A DNA stretch of 64,000 bases, taken from assembly GCF_044227185.1 (NCBI RefSeq), contig NZ_JBGAFO010000017.1, positions 13,117-77,116 of the forward strand, written 5' to 3'. Positions 63,936 through 64,000 of the stretch are shown here, piece after piece. Below the pieces are notes generated by a model that did not search any database, had not been told where the DNA came from, and was given only the letters and a program-made list of their open reading frames with translations. Position 1 is the first letter of the stretch. Each line of letters starts with the position of its first letter. The position numbers were made by a program, and so were the translations under genes. The stretch is from Prosthecobacter sp. (GTDB taxonomy: Bacteria; Verrucomicrobiota; Verrucomicrobiia; Verrucomicrobiales; Verrucomicrobiaceae).

Positions 63936-64000
63936 ATGAGCACCCCACGCACCCAGGGCATTTCGCTGATCACAGCCACGGCGGTGGTGGTGGCCAACAT
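63936..64000 (+). CDS. Possible amino-acid permease (APC family), first 21 codons only
   Basis: MSTPRTQGISLITATAVVVAN... resembles APC transporter N-termini (..LGL.SATALVVGNMIG). Truncated by the window end. Confidence 0.35.
   Translation, partial: MSTPRTQGISLITATAVVVAN

Overview
This is a high-GC bacterial chromosomal segment. Hand-counted 60-nt samples give about 65% G+C in core genes. The gene content points to the PVC superphylum, probably Verrucomicrobiota, though that placement is inference only. The evidence is PSCyt/DUF1549/DUF1553 plus DUF1501 plus cytochrome-WD40 genes, a Tat-signal Gfo/Idh/MocA oxidoreductase, and many secreted hypotheticals. I support about 55 protein genes and found no rRNA, tRNA or CRISPR. 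Housekeeping genes include sanA (partial), dnaE, miaB, ychF, tgt-yajC-secDF, folP, psd, xerD and ssb. Five regions stand out. (1) An 11-gene minus-strand cluster at 52.6-63.5 kb. It combines two urea-transporter-fold membrane proteins (one fused to an M23 peptidase, one split by TPRs) with an ATP-grasp ligase, a DAP/Orn-type PLP decarboxylase, a PaaK/CapK-type adenylating enzyme, a PqqD-like protein and TPR proteins. I cannot map this combination to a characterised pathway. (2) Unusual non-coding elements inside that cluster: a five-copy tandem array with a ~110-bp unit, a ~280-nt pyrimidine-rich intercistronic spacer, and GTCATTC heptamer arrays. (3) A lower-GC ~5.4-kb segment at 39.4-44.9 kb carrying a CsgG-like three-gene operon. 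It is bounded by the intact 3' end of a DUF1553 gene and a decayed duplicate of that same 3' end. (4) A ParE-type toxin-antitoxin pair whose toxin is frameshifted at a homopolymer. (5) Start codons that are mostly preceded by CCTCC-like pyrimidine tracts rather than Shine-Dalgarno purine tracts. Many long ORFs in the six-frame track are GC-driven antisense shadows and were rejected.
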